DNA of 64,000 nucleotides from Plasmodiophora brassicae (Eukaryota): NCBI GenBank assembly GCA_036867785.1, contig CP145422.1, positions 1,054,001 to 1,118,000 of the forward strand, read 5' to 3'. Shown piece by piece: positions 38,475 to 50,887 of this stretch (position 1 is its first letter; each line of letters starts with the position of its first letter). The notes under the pieces were generated by a model. It saw only the letters and a program-made list of their open reading frames with translations, ran no database searches and was not told where the DNA came from. The position numbers and the translations under genes were made by a program.

Positions 38475-39087
38475 TGCCACACGTGACCGCGGAACAACTG
38501 CCAGTGAGTGACCGCCGCCGGCTACGCAGTCCGTGGCGGACTCTGTACACTCCATCACGTCTCCCCAGGCACGAACTGGTAGGTACTTTATGTCAATACC
38601 GGTACCGCCCTTCGGCATGCTCTCCCTTTCCGCTGCAATCGGGATCATACCGCCCAGCGCCGAACCACGGAGGACTGCTGGGGCTCCGCAAGGATCACGA
38701 ACCGCCTAGCCTACCACTCGCAGTGTCAGTCGTCCCGAGACCACCCATGGGCTGGCGCACACACCAACTCTTCGCCCCAAACTCGCAATGTGAAGTACAC
38801 ACAATACGGCGGGCGCTCTTGTACACATACAGGAAGTTGATACGGAAGGCATTATAACCGTCTGGATGCCATCGCGTACTCGGCGGTTGCATGGACGTCA
38901 GAGGATCGGTTGTGTGGGGGTGCACTCAGTAGTAGGGAGCCCGCGTGTGCTAAACAACGCCATCTGTGTGACTAGAAGGCAACCACGACGACTGGGGCGT
39001 AACCCAAACCGGTACGGCCTGGGCGAGTCAGGCGCCGCAACCGCCGACGCACGTGGACATATCGGCCTCGTCGCTGCTGTGGTCGCC

Positions 39088-42087
39088 ATGGACGTGGAGC
39101 AGGGGCCCGCTTCCGGCAAGAACGACGCCGATGTGGCCGTCGAGCTGAGCTGGCATGACGTCAGATACGAGGTGCCATTGAAGGACGGCACGAGCAAGGT
39201 GATCATTGATAACGCGTCTGGCAACGCCAAACCTGGCGAATTGCTGGTTATCATGGGCGGATCCGGGGGCGGCAAGAGCACAATGTTGGGTTATCGAACG
39301 GCATCCCGTAGGTGAGATCCAAACTAACCCAGTCCCATGCCCGACAGGCTCGACCTGATCCGCGGCAGAGCCAAGCCGACATCCGGCACCATTCTGGTGA
39401 AGTAGGTGGCGCACCGTCGTACCCCGTCGTTGACGTACAACGCTGACCGCGATGCGCGCCGCAGCGGTCATCCCAGAACGTCCCAATTCAAGCATATCGC
39501 TTCGTACGTCCAGCAGGAGGACGCGCTCTACCGTACGTTACCGTCGTGCATGATCGTCGGCCGATCCGTCATCTGATCGTTTTGTTGGTGAACAGCCGTG
39601 CTAACGGTTCGCGAGACGATCACGTACGCGGCTCGTCTTCAGTACGTCTGCCCACCAGTCGCTAGATCAGTACTGAACAGGAGTTCAGGTTGGCATCGAC
39701 GCCGCGGGCGGCGCTGGAGGAGAAGGTCGCACAGCTGATCAAGACAATGGGTCTCGTGCGATGCGCCGACACGAGAATCGGTCAGGACGATGCAATGGCG
39801 TGTGTTCGGCCGCGTTTGACAAGCTCTTTTAGGAAATGCTCTTCTGCGAGGCGTCAGCGGTGGAGAGCGCCGTCGAGTCTCCATCTGTGCGGATGACAGG
39901 CTTACCGTCCTGATCGCCAGCCAGCTGGACTGACACTGACGCCCACAGGTGTGGAACTTGTCACTGACCCGCAGGTCATCCTGCTCGACGAAGTACGTAT
40001 GGGTGCTGCGGGAGGCGGAACCGGTCATCTGACCCATGGTGGGGTGACAGCCCACATCGGGCCTGGACAGCGAGGCGGCCAAACACGTGATCAATCTGCT
40101 GGTACGTCCGGTTGCACCGCTTATCCCGACGATAAACTGATCGTCGGACGGTCCCGCCAGTCGAGGCTCGCCCGCCAGGAGAAGCGAACCATTGTTGCAA
40201 CGATACACCAGCCAAGTTCAGAATGCTTCGCCCTGTTCGACAAGATCATGTTGGAGACACTACTCGGCGCCTGTGTGTGCGCTCTTCTGAACGCTGACCC
40301 CGACAGGCTCTTGTCTCGAGGGTACACGGTTTTCCACGGTACCCCCAGCCAGGCGTTGGTGCACTTCGACCAGATCCTGCACCAGCCCTGCCCCGAGCAC
40401 TACAATCCGGCCGACCACTACCTGTCTATTGCCAATGTCGACTTTGACAGCGGGGACGCCATCGCCGCCCTGGCCAAAGTCAAAGGTTTCGCGGAACAAT
40501 TTCAATCGTCCAGTGCCGGGCAGGCGCTGAACCAGGAATTGCAAATCGTCAAGAACCATCCTGGCACACCGACGACCGCCCCAGGATACGCCGCCGGGTA
40601 CGCTCCCCATCACCGCGCCCTGCAGCCGAGCAACTGACCCGGCGCTGCCCTCATGCAGCATTTTGACACAGACCTATGTCCTGACGGAACGCTCGTTCAA
40701 GAACGCAGGTGACTGTTCGCACAGGCGCGCACTTGTATGGGCAGAACCAGACTGATATCCGTATCTGCAAGGCAAGAACCTGTTGCTGTATTGGATTCGT
40801 GCCGCCAGTAAGACGAGTGCATCTTGGTCGACGTTGCATCTGACGTACTGGTCGCAGTGTTCCTCTGTATGGCGATCTTGATGGGAACAACATTCTGGGA
40901 CGTTGGTCTCTTGCAAACCGAGGTGTGGGCGCGCCGACTTAGCTCCTCCTGGACCACCCTCTCTGAACCGTCCTCACTCAATCCTCACTAGGTCCAGGAT
41001 CGATTCAGCGCACACTTCTTGTACGAATTGCTGTCGTCTTCCCCACATATACTGGCCCAATCCAGCTGATGTTTCCGCCTGCGTCCTCAGCGCTGTGGCG
41101 TTTCTATGCTTCATGAGCGTAGCGTCGATTCCGGGCATTCTGGAGGAGAAGAGCGTGGTGGATCGCGAAATCCTGAATGGCGCCTACAACGTCACTTCAT
41201 TCGTCATTACCAACACGCTGACGTCGCTGCCCTTCATTCTGCTGATTGCAATAATCTTCTCAGTGATTGCGTAACGATTTCGTGGGCGGATCGCCGTTTG
41301 GTGACGGTGACCCTGAACATATACCTGTCGCGTCCTATAGGTACCCGATGATTCAGTTTCAGGGCGGTGTCGTCCACGTCGTCAACTACGTCCTGTTCCT
41401 GTTCCTCGCTCTGTACACGATGGAGTCCATTGTCGTTTGCCTGTAGGCCGGGCTGTCCAGACATTTCATCCGGTTCAGGTTCCTAAGCCGGTACCGGACA
41501 GGGCGTGTCTGATGCCGATATTCGTGGTCGCCCTGGCACTGGCTGCCTTCCTGAACGGATTCTTCAGTGGGTGGTCGCTCGCTCCACGCCTGGAATCGGC
41601 CAGCACCCAATTAACATGGCGCATCAGTGTGCGTGCAGGGTTATTTCGTTCGCGTACAGTCGCTCCCGAAGTTCTGGCGTTACTGGGCTCATTACGTAAG
41701 CTGGCCTGCGCGTCGAGATGATACTCGATCCCGTCAGGGTGTAATATCGTACGCGCAGTGGTCCTATCAAAAGTATGCGTTCGAAGCGCTGGTGAAAAGC
41801 GACTTTGATGGCCTGGTATTCTCCTGCGGGCCGGGCTGCTTCTGTAGGTTGCAATCCCGGCCCTGCTGGACAACCTCTGACTGTTCGCTGGTGCCGTCGC
41901 AGGCCAGTATCCGTCGACCCTGAATGCACAGTGCCAGTTCACAGGCCATGACGTCCTCGTCAATTTCGAGTACGACACGGTCAACCTGACCAACTGGGCC
42001 CTGGTTCTCGTCGGGCAGATCGTCGTCTACCGTGTCCTCATGGTCCTGATCTTGAAGTGGAAGACCAAACGAGCCATCCAGCTCTGA
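39088..42087 (+). CDS. ABCG (White-type) half transporter, many introns
   Basis: Walker A IMGGSGGGKST, YVQQED, signature GVSGGERRRVSI, LLDE-PTSGLDS, TIHQPS, NPAD, C-terminal TM domain. Confidence 0.93.
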
Positions 42088-42492
42088 TTTCATCTGGGTC
42101 GACTCCGAACGGTACAATGCATTAAACACGTCAGGGGACGTCGCGGGCACCTGCCCGTACCAGTGTATCGCGTTCGAGAACGTTCTGGACTGTTTCATCA
42201 ACGATCGAAGCAACCATTGGCGACGGGATTGCTGGTTCGTACGCGAGCATCGATTCGGAGATCGGGTGCGGTGGTCGAATCGAGACAATCGGGAATCGTG
42301 GACATTAGTGGGTCGTGGCGGCCAACCAGTCCCAGCAGGCCAGTGCTGACGGGGCACCGCTGCCGCTCTACAGATTGGGACGCTGCCTGGCTGGCAGTGG
42401 CAGTGGCACTGGCAGACAGACAATAATTGGACGCGTCGCTACTGGTGCGCCCGACGCGTCGCCCATCCACAGTACATCAGCGCCGGGCGACA

Positions 42493-43342
42493 ATGGGGCA
42501 GGTGCGTTCGCACCCGATCTGCCGCGTGAGTGCACCCCGTGCGCAAGCTGCGCCACTGACCGCCCTCGTCTGACGATCAGGCCTACAGCGACGAATCATA
42601 TGACGGTGTGATTGTGCCATGGGACCTGGACACCTGCAGTGACGCCTGCCTGCATTGTTCGACTCCGTTCTCGCGCCACGAGCGGCGCCATCACTGCCGC
42701 TCCTGCGGCACGCTCGTCTGCGACCGCTGTTCGCCGTACTCGGCGTACCTGCCACAGCTGGGGTACCCGGCGGACATCGCCCAGCGCGTCTGCCGTCCTT
42801 GCGCTACCAAGAGCATCATCGTGATCGACTTGGAGATGGATGCGGCCGCTGCCTGCCGCCAGACCCCGGACGACGTCTATCGGGTCGGCGAGGTGCTTCG
42901 GGCCGCCGCCGAGTTCCGCCCGCAATTCAACCCGTACCTGCACGACGTCGTACACGCGCATTTCGACATCGCCTTTCTTCGCCACGCCGACATCGTCGTC
43001 GACAGTTTGGTGACTGCCCGTGATAACGTCGCCTTGCAGCAGGCGGTTCAGTGCGCTCGGGAACTTCTCCACCTATACCGGTCCATCTATGAGACATCTG
43101 GCGATGGCCTGGAACACGACCTTGAACGAGGCATCCGCAAGGCTGAAGAGCGCATAGAGGCAGCACGAGAGCCCAGGCGCCGGGTCCGATTCGATTTCGT
43201 GCCAAGCGTCCAGCCCGCACCGGTCGCCGTGGCAGTCATGTCGCGGGTAACCGCCGCCGCAAGGATATATCGTCCGGTCTCGACATCCTGCCCACGTCGT
43301 CTCGTTGTCCACGAGGGGGCCAGCAGCACTGTCGTCTACTGA
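42493..43342 (+). CDS. FYVE zinc-finger protein
   Basis: WDLD...CLHC...RRHHCRSCGTLVCDRCS...RVCRPC; probable 9-nt first coding exon (MGQ). Confidence 0.88.
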
Positions 43343-43489
43343 ATCACGACCCGCCTCTAGCACACACGTCTCCTTAGTAAAACGTGTGTACACGGCAGGC
43401 GCGTGGGGTAGGAGGGCCAACCCCCGTGCGATATCATCGGGCGCGATGCCGTTCGCGCGAATGGCCAAGCAGATGGCAGCAATGTGTAT

Positions 43490-44229
43490 TTAGATTTCCA
43501 GCGTCAGCTTGCTCTCGATGTTGGACTCGGCAACCATCTACAGTTCAGCAATACGTCATCAGGCACAAGGTGTGTTGAGATGTCGGCGCAAGGCGACCTT
43601 GGAGAATTCTTCAAACGACAGCTTGCCATCGCAATCCGTGTCACCCGTAGCGATCGTTCGATCGACGAGCTGCTGGAGTTGGACCTCGGTAAGGTTGTCA
43701 CCCACCATGATCTTCAGGACGGCGAACAGATCGCCGTTCGATATGTACCCGTCATTGTTGACGTCGTAGATTCGGAACACGACTAAGCCCATGGTGGACA
43801 TGCACACGGTTAGACGCGAGCCTATCCGTGCTCGCCTGTGCTCTGGGACTGACATGCGAGCCTAGAGGCGTCCTGGTCGCCGGACGACGTGAATATGGAC
43901 AGGGCATCAATGAACTCCTTGAAGTCGACCTGCCCGTTCTTGTCCGCGTCGAAGATCTCCATGACACGCTTCACCAGCGGGTTATGCATCAGGTAAGGCA
44001 CGGCGAGAAACTCGTCCAGCGACACCCCGCCCGATTTATCCGTGTCGATCTTCTTGAACCGCTTATGCAACCGCCTGATCTCCTCCTCGTCGACTGTACC
44101 ACATGGCTCAGGACATCGTGCGGTGTCAGGCACCACCCACTCGTCTGCACGCTTACAGGTTCCGTTTGCTAGTGCGGCCATCTGCTGCGCCTTCGACGGC
44201 GACATCGGTGCGCTCGCTACATTGCCCAT
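43490..44229 (-). CDS. CNB1: Calcineurin regulatory subunit B
   Basis: MGNVAS N-myristoylation motif, four EF-hands, [45 protein letters not shown]. Confidence 0.95.
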
Positions 44230-44876
44230 GGCGGCCAGTCGGCGTTGGCCAACTGTACCACTGGCCTATCTATCTACGACGACGATCGATCCAAGCGGCC
44301 CCCTGAATCAACAATCTGAAGCACGCACCCGAGATATTTAGATGACACAGCATGGGTGTTGGAGCGCCGCTGTCGGTACGCGCAGAGCAACGTTTGCGGA
44401 AGCGCCAATCCAATGTGACAGGACAGTGCGGCGTCTAATGGCACCATCGGCGGCCGAAGCCGGAAGCGTTGCAGAATCGGGGATGCATAACAATTACGTA
44501 TCTTATCAACAAACTGCGCTTCAAATCAGCATAGGGATCGACCACGCACGGGGCCAAGCGTAACCGGCAGATGCTGATGGGCCTGGGCGTTCGTATTCTC
44601 GACGACCGCCATCACAGCGGGTCCGGCACGGCATTAGGAGCATGAATTGCAGGAAGCCTCCGCTCTGGGCGTCTGGCTTGTGATGTGGTCTCGACAGCAG
44701 AATTAAGCACATGGCTCATAGATGAATCACAATACCGACACGTACAATAGTGGAAGAAGTTCGCCACATTACGAATGACGATGTTCGCCTGATGGCATGC
44801 GCGAGTTTATGGCCTATGCATTCAATCTGTACTGAAAAGATTGGCATCCAGTTAACACTCAAAAGTTGCACGAACT

Positions 44877-45797
44877 CGCTCACCATGAAGACGACCGCAT
44901 GTGCCCGACTGGGATTCTGGACATGGATGACCTCTTTAAACAGCTATTAACCTCGCATCAATCATCCGGGAAGTACACGAAGTACGCAGCTGTTGGAAGG
45001 TCCAGCTGGCGAGGCTCTGTCAAGACTGAAGGCACGGAAATGCAGGCTCTTCCGTCTTCGGGATTAAGACACACTGTTTAAGAGCCGATGGCCAGGCGTG
45101 ATAATTGCAAGGTCGTAATTGTGCGCTGCACCTACAACCGCCAGTGTATTCTAGAAGTATGTGACTGTGAAGAGGACAAGCGCCTGAGGCGAGTTGTGCT
45201 CAATCCCTATTCCACCGTGTGTTTTGACATAGTATGTGCAGTCACTGAGAAGAGGAGCTTCGAGTTTCACGTAGCGCAAGTAGAGTGCCTCCATCCTGAA
45301 TCCTGATCCTCTTCTGGAAGCTCTTGGAGTAGACTAAGTGGATGTGACGCACCACCAACTTGTCATCACGTACAGGTGTTTTGAAAATGACGAGGTGGTA
45401 CTGCGACACAGCTACTTGGCATACTCCAGGAGCATCCAGAAGAGGATCAAGAGGGAGGTACTCTCTCTGCTTGAAATCCGAAGCTCCTCTGCTCAGTGAC
45501 TGCACATACTAAGTCAAAACACCGGTGGAATAGGGGATGAGCAGAACTCGCGTCAGGCGCTTGTCCTCTTCACAGTCACATAGTATAACACTGGCAGTTG
45601 CAGGTGCAGCACAACAGTCACCTTGCAATATCACGCCTGGCCATCAGCCCTTGAACAGTGTGTGTTAATCCCGAAGACGGAAGAGCCTGCATTTCCATGT
45701 CTCCAATCTTGACGTCAGAGCCTCCTCCTCTGTTCAAGAGGCCATCCACGTCCAGAGTCCCAGTCAGACACATGCGGTCGTTTCTCCATGGTGAGCG
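44877..45797. repeat. Long imperfect inverted repeat (fold-back): arms ~44877-45366 and ~45387-45797, 20-nt loop; candidate hairpin ncRNA
   Basis: The right arm is the reverse complement of the left; e.g. GGAAATGCAGGCTCTTCCGTCTTCGGGATTAA and TATGTGACTGTGAAGAGGACAAGCGCCTGA occur on opposite strands. Confidence 0.95.
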
Positions 45798-46081
45798 GCC
45801 TGCCGGCATCTTCGCGATCCTTTCGGTTGCTTACGATTGATGCAGGACTTCAACCTACTGTCGAGCTTGCCGTCGACGGCCATCGGGCGCCATTGTTTGT
45901 CCGCCCGAGCCATCGCATTTTCCGCGTGAGGCAAAAATTGTGCATTTCCTTTGTCTGCGATCCCAAATCTCTATTCTATTTCTTCCTGTGGTTGTAGACT
46001 TGTATTACAAAGCGGGCCCCGCCGTCAGTGTCACAGCCACAGTGTGCCTGCGGGGCGGTCTAGTGGTAGAGGCGTGTCGAG

Positions 46082-46660
46082 ATGGCAGAAGCGGCCCGCG
46101 CGGATCCCAGAACGCCGCTGTTGCCGACGGCTACACCTGCGAGGGATGACGGCTGCCTAACGCCAGCAGAGAGTTGTTTCTGCATTCCGTGCTGCTGCTG
46201 CCCCGTGTCCTTGACGACCGCCATGAAGCTCTTCGGATGGCTGTACTCGCTGGCCGGATTGGGGCTGGGCGTCCAAACGGTTCGGTTGGTAATCTACCTG
46301 TCGCAGCACCCTGGCGAAGGGCGCACGCTTGGCCTTGGCACAAATTTCGACACGACACTCGTCCTTTTCGCCTTCCTTTCGGTCATGTGGCTCTGCTTCG
46401 GCCTCACCTGTCTCCACGCCGTCTACCGCAACTCGACGCGGTCCTGCCAATCCGCCCTTATGTTTTATGCCATCTATGCCATTGCAAACTGCGCAAAGAT
46501 TGTGATAATGTGGCCATATCCACCCGAACAGCAGATCACCACGATCGTTATGGCAGGCCTCATCGACTTGGCTATCTCGTCTTACTACGCGTACGCAATC
46601 TGGAGCTTCTACAAGGAGCTCCTTGCGAAACAGACGCGACCGTTTGCTCGACAACCATGA
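46082..46660 (+). CDS. Four-TM membrane protein with Cys-rich N-terminus (intronless)
   Basis: CFCIPCCCCP followed by four hydrophobic helices, YYAYAIWSFYKEL. Confidence 0.75.
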   Translation: MAEAARADPRTPLLPTATPARDDGCLTPAESCFCIPCCCCPVSLTTAMKLFGWLYSLAGLGLGVQTVRLVIYLSQHPGEGRTLGLGTNFDTTLVLFAFLSVMWLCFGLTCLHAVYRNSTRSCQSALMFYAIYAIANCAKIVIMWPYPPEQQITTIVMAGLIDLAISSYYAYAIWSFYKELLAKQTRPFARQP

Positions 46661-46804
46661 ATACAGAGATGACCGCAAAGTTGAGACCGGCGGCGTCGAG
46701 TGCGCGCGCCTAAGTGCCTTCGTCACGCACTGTTGGTTGCCGCGCAGTGCGCCAATGCCGATTGTAGGTAGTACTTGCGGCAGCACTGGGCGACTCCGCG
46801 ATCA

Positions 46805-47871
46805 ATGGAGTCGGACAACGGGCACGCCAGCGACGCAGCACATCAGGAGCTCGTCTCGCTCGTACGCTCGCACCATATCACGTCTGTAAGTGCTACGACG
46901 ATGTGGCATCGTTTCCAGACGTCCATTGGCTGACCAGGGATGCATGGCGTTTATAGTCATCGACACTGTTGCATGCGTATGCGCAGATCGTGGAGAAGAC
47001 GACGGCCGTGTTCGAATCCGCCGTTGACAGTGCTGGCCAGGCCGTCGTACATGTCAACATCAATGGGCAAATCTGTGGATCGGCGTGTAGTGCGTCGAGG
47101 AAGCAGGCGAGACTGATGGCCATTGAGAATGCCCTGCACCGATGCTGCCCGGATCTGCTGGCCATGGTCCAGCGGCAATCCGGATCCATTCCTGACATGC
47201 CGACGTCCAGTACGACAGTGAAACCTGTGCCGCAGACACTACAGGCAGTCGGGCCTGGCGGCTCAGCAGCAGTCGCCGATTCGGGGACCGTTCGCGAGGT
47301 GATTTGCATGGCCGAGCAGGGTCGCCTGTCGTCCGGTCTAGAAGCGCTACGCCTGATCCAGCAACGGATGCAGGCTGCGCTGCCGGAGATCGAACAGAGC
47401 ATCCAGGAGAATGGCGAGACACAGGTCACGGTTCGTCTGGGGGCCGCCGCATACTCAGCGTGTCACCCGGTGGAGAAGCGGGCACGACAGCTGGCAACTG
47501 AAGCGGCGCTGCAGCAGGTGGCACCGGGTGCGGCCGCGTACTTCATGTGGCAGCGTGAATCCGACGAAAGCATGCTAGTGGAGTCCATCGGCGCCCGCAT
47601 CGATGCCGGGCAGTTATCGTCGCTCGGCGCTGTTGTTGCCGAGTTCACGAGCAAAGTGTGGCGGTGCCGCACCGAGACCAGCGAAAGGTTGAACGAGCAC
47701 AGCGGCGAGTACGTCGTCGAGGTTCGCTGCAATGATGTCCTGGTTGGCGCTGGTGCATGCCCGAACAGGAAACGCGCCAAATCCCTGGCAATGGAAAGCA
47801 CGCTGCTGAACTGCTGCCCGCACCTGCTCCAAAGACTGTTCGCCAAAGCCGACGGCGTCCCCGTCGTGTGA
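46805..47871 (+). CDS. Protein with three double-stranded RNA-binding motifs (DGCR8/Pasha-like dsRBDs); intron 46886-46956
   Basis: STLLHAYAQ...INGQICGSACSASRKQARLMAIENALHRCCP; VEKRARQLATEAALQQVAP; LVGAGACPNRKRAKSLAMESTLLNCCP; 81-nt exon 1 splices in frame (GTAAGT...TTATAG). Confidence 0.78.
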
Positions 47872-48206
47872 TATGGGGTCGCGGGTTCCACATCCGTAAT
47901 TATTCTTGACGATAACACTAATAGAGGCTGTCCCCATCCAGCAGAATCGTAGCAATTGGTTCGTGTTGCCAACAGGTGCGGCTGTCGTCACCGCAACGTG
48001 CAACGCGGGTCGGCAGGGGAACGCGGCATCCATCTGGCCTGCAAGGTTGAGGCGGGGCCGGAGTTTTGGCGTTACTGTGGTTGACAGGCGCGTTGGCCCG
48101 GCAAGGGTCCGGCACGCACGCACGCACGCACGCACGAAAGGCGGCTGCGGGGCACCGGGCGCCGCGGCCTATGTTTCATTGTCGTTTGGGTCGGCTCGCG
48201 CGGCAC

Positions 48207-49431
48207 ATGTCTGCGATGGTGGCGGGCGCCGGCGAGAAGAGCATTCACCGGCGCGTACCCGTTGTCATCGTCGGCAGCGGGCCATCCGGCCTGACCGCGG
48301 GTATCTACGCCGGACGCGCCGGTCTGACGCCAGTCATCGCTGCCGGATCCGTGAAAGGCACCGCCCTGCCTGGCGGGCAGCTCATGATTACAACGGACGT
48401 GTCCAACTTCCCGGGTATCTGTACGATCGTTGCCCATTGCGGCCGACAACTGACAGTCATGGGCAGGCTTCCCAGACGACATCAGCGGCCCTGAACTCAT
48501 CGACCGCATGTTCCAACAGTAATCGCAGTGGGCATTTGCGAGACGGCATGGCTCGTTCTCATTCTCATGCGCAGGGCGAAACGATTCGGATGCGAAGTAA
48601 TCGAGCAGTTCGCGACGGATTTCGTTCTGAAGCCTGGCGGGCCGCACGAGGTTCTGATTGGAGACAAGTGGTTCGCCTGCGACGCGCTGATCCTAGCCAA
48701 TGGGGCGTCGGCGCGCTGGCTTGGCGCGACGGGCGAGGAGAAGTTCGTCAACAGAGGCATCTCGGCGTGCGCGACCTGTGATGGACCGTTGCCGATCTTC
48801 CGGAACAAGCACATCTACGTCGTCGGCGGTGGCGACAGTGCGTGCGAGGAAGCGGCCTTCCTGACGAGGTTCGCCAGCAAGGTGTACATGATTCACCGAC
48901 GTGACAAGCTGCGGGCGTCGAAGGTCATGGCCGACCGAGTGCTTAGCAACCCAAAGGTAATCACTGTGCATGCGGCCGCCCGTTCGACTCTCCTTGCCAA
49001 TGAGTTTTATCGTGAAGGTCGAAGTCCTCTGGAACACGACGATTGTTTCCTATACCGGTGTGGAGAAGCTCGAAGGCATCGTCCTTGAAGACACCGTCAC
49101 CAAGCAGCAGCGGCACGTTTCTGCCGGTGGACTGTTCATGGCTATCGGCCATGATCCTAACACTGGACACCTGAAGAAGACCGGTTCGTCGGCAATCGTG
49201 GCCCCCTTGAGTGTGCGCTTGTTGAACATTGCATCAGGTTTGGAGCTGGACGACGAAGGCTACATTGTTGTCAAGAACCACGTCTTCACGAACATCGACG
49301 GCGTGTTCGCCTGTGGCGATTGCCACGACCGAACCTATCGGCAGGCGATCACAGCCAGCGGGTTCGGGTGCATGGCGGCCATAACCGCCGAGCGCTGGCT
49401 GGAGGATCACCATGCCAACATGAAACGGTGA
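48207..49431 (+). CDS. TRR1: NADPH thioredoxin reductase (low-molecular-weight TrxB/TRR1 type)
   Basis: [70 protein letters not shown]. Confidence 0.96.
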
Positions 49432-49567
49432 TTGCCGCGAGTCGCATCGCTGTCAACAATACAGATCTGACTGTCCCAGACCCGGGGAGCAGTACCGGGA
49501 CACATAGTTTGTTTCGTTTACGTATAGCACGAGCACGTCCACCTGGGCGCCGGATGACAGTGCCCAG

Positions 49568-50711
49568 TCAATGCAACTGCTGCTGCATTGCTTCCTGACC
49601 AAGGCCGCCCGACAGTGCGAACGCATGTTCGTGCTCGAGACGACCGCGCTTCACCGGCATTTGCCCATCGGAAGCAGGCGCCCCGCCAGTCGAACAGACG
49701 TCGGCCGCTCTAATATGCCCAGCCGTCTTTGCTGACCCAATCCGCGACCCTGCGGACGCCAACGCCCCGTCCTCACTAGCGAATGTTGCCGAGAACTGGT
49801 CCAGCGGATTCGACCCGATCGTTGGCAATTCGAAGAGCATGCCGGGCCCGGGCGCCGGCGCTATCGAAGGCGACTGCAGGACGGGGAACACGCTCGGCCC
49901 GGTTACGTCATCTGGCTGGGTGGCATAGTGCGGCGGCATGACGGGTGACGTCCGCGACGACCGGGATCCTCGGGTGCACGCCGCACACCGGCAGATGCCC
50001 GTACACGACGGGCAGTGCCACTGGTCCAGAATGATCGCATCGCAGTCGATCTGGTAGAATTTCGCTAAGCCTGCCAGCGGGCAGTTAGCGATCCGTGCGG
50101 GTAGGCCCCAATACAGAGCAGCAGCACACATGGGACTTACAGTGCGGGCAGTATTTCTTGCGGCACGTTCGCTTATCGCTCCGATGTCGACGATCGAATT
50201 GCCTTCGGCAGCAGACGAGGCCGTCGGCGGGTTTCACGTTCTTGCACTGATGACAGGACGTGCCACCCGAGCGTTTGGCGGAGCCAGGCATGGGCATGGC
50301 CGTCTCGGAGACGACGGTGGCGCTGACGGGCACGGACAGAGCCGAGCGCTTCTCGACCGGGTTGGCCATGCTGATCGGGGTGGCCGGGTCGGTCCCCAGG
50401 ACGCAATCGATGACGAGAACCGGCGACGCCATCAACGGGTTCAGTCGGCAACTGGTGACGTCCGGGTTCAGGACGCGTTGTCCGACGATGATACCATGGC
50501 GGAAATGTTCCTCGCGCAGACAAGCGACGGGCATGGCATGATCCGGCGAGCCATCCGGTGGACGTAAGACGACCGACCAGCAGTTGAGAACCTGGAGCAG
50601 TTCGCGAAGAGCGGAGAACGGGCGAAGGTCACCGGTGGCAGCGATGCGCGGCGTCGACAGGATCGGCGTCGGGGCAGGCGGACCGGGTGCAGCGCAGGAA
50701 GGTGAGGCCAT
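49568..50711 (-). CDS. zf-4CXXC_R1 (CDCA7-type) zinc-finger protein
   Basis: SCHQCK...C...CRKKYCPHC|LAKFY...WHCPSCTGICRCAAC across one intron. Confidence 0.8.
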
Positions 50712-50887
50712 GGAAGGTGCGTCACCGTCGCACTCGACGATGTTGCGCGACTCTATGCGGGTCGTTATGGCGACCGACGACGGCGTGCACAGTGCGCACG
50801 GCAAAATTGCTGCAAAACTGCGTCGCACACGAGCGCACGCCTTGCCGAGTGGCTGGCTCCCGTCACCGTTCAGTATGGCTACATAGC

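Noticed and set aside
44750-45840. Short ORFs sharing peptides (DRMCxTGxLD, EMQALPSSGL) on opposite strands
   Set aside because: By-product of the inverted repeat; frames are broken by stops and indels, so not a duplicated gene pair.
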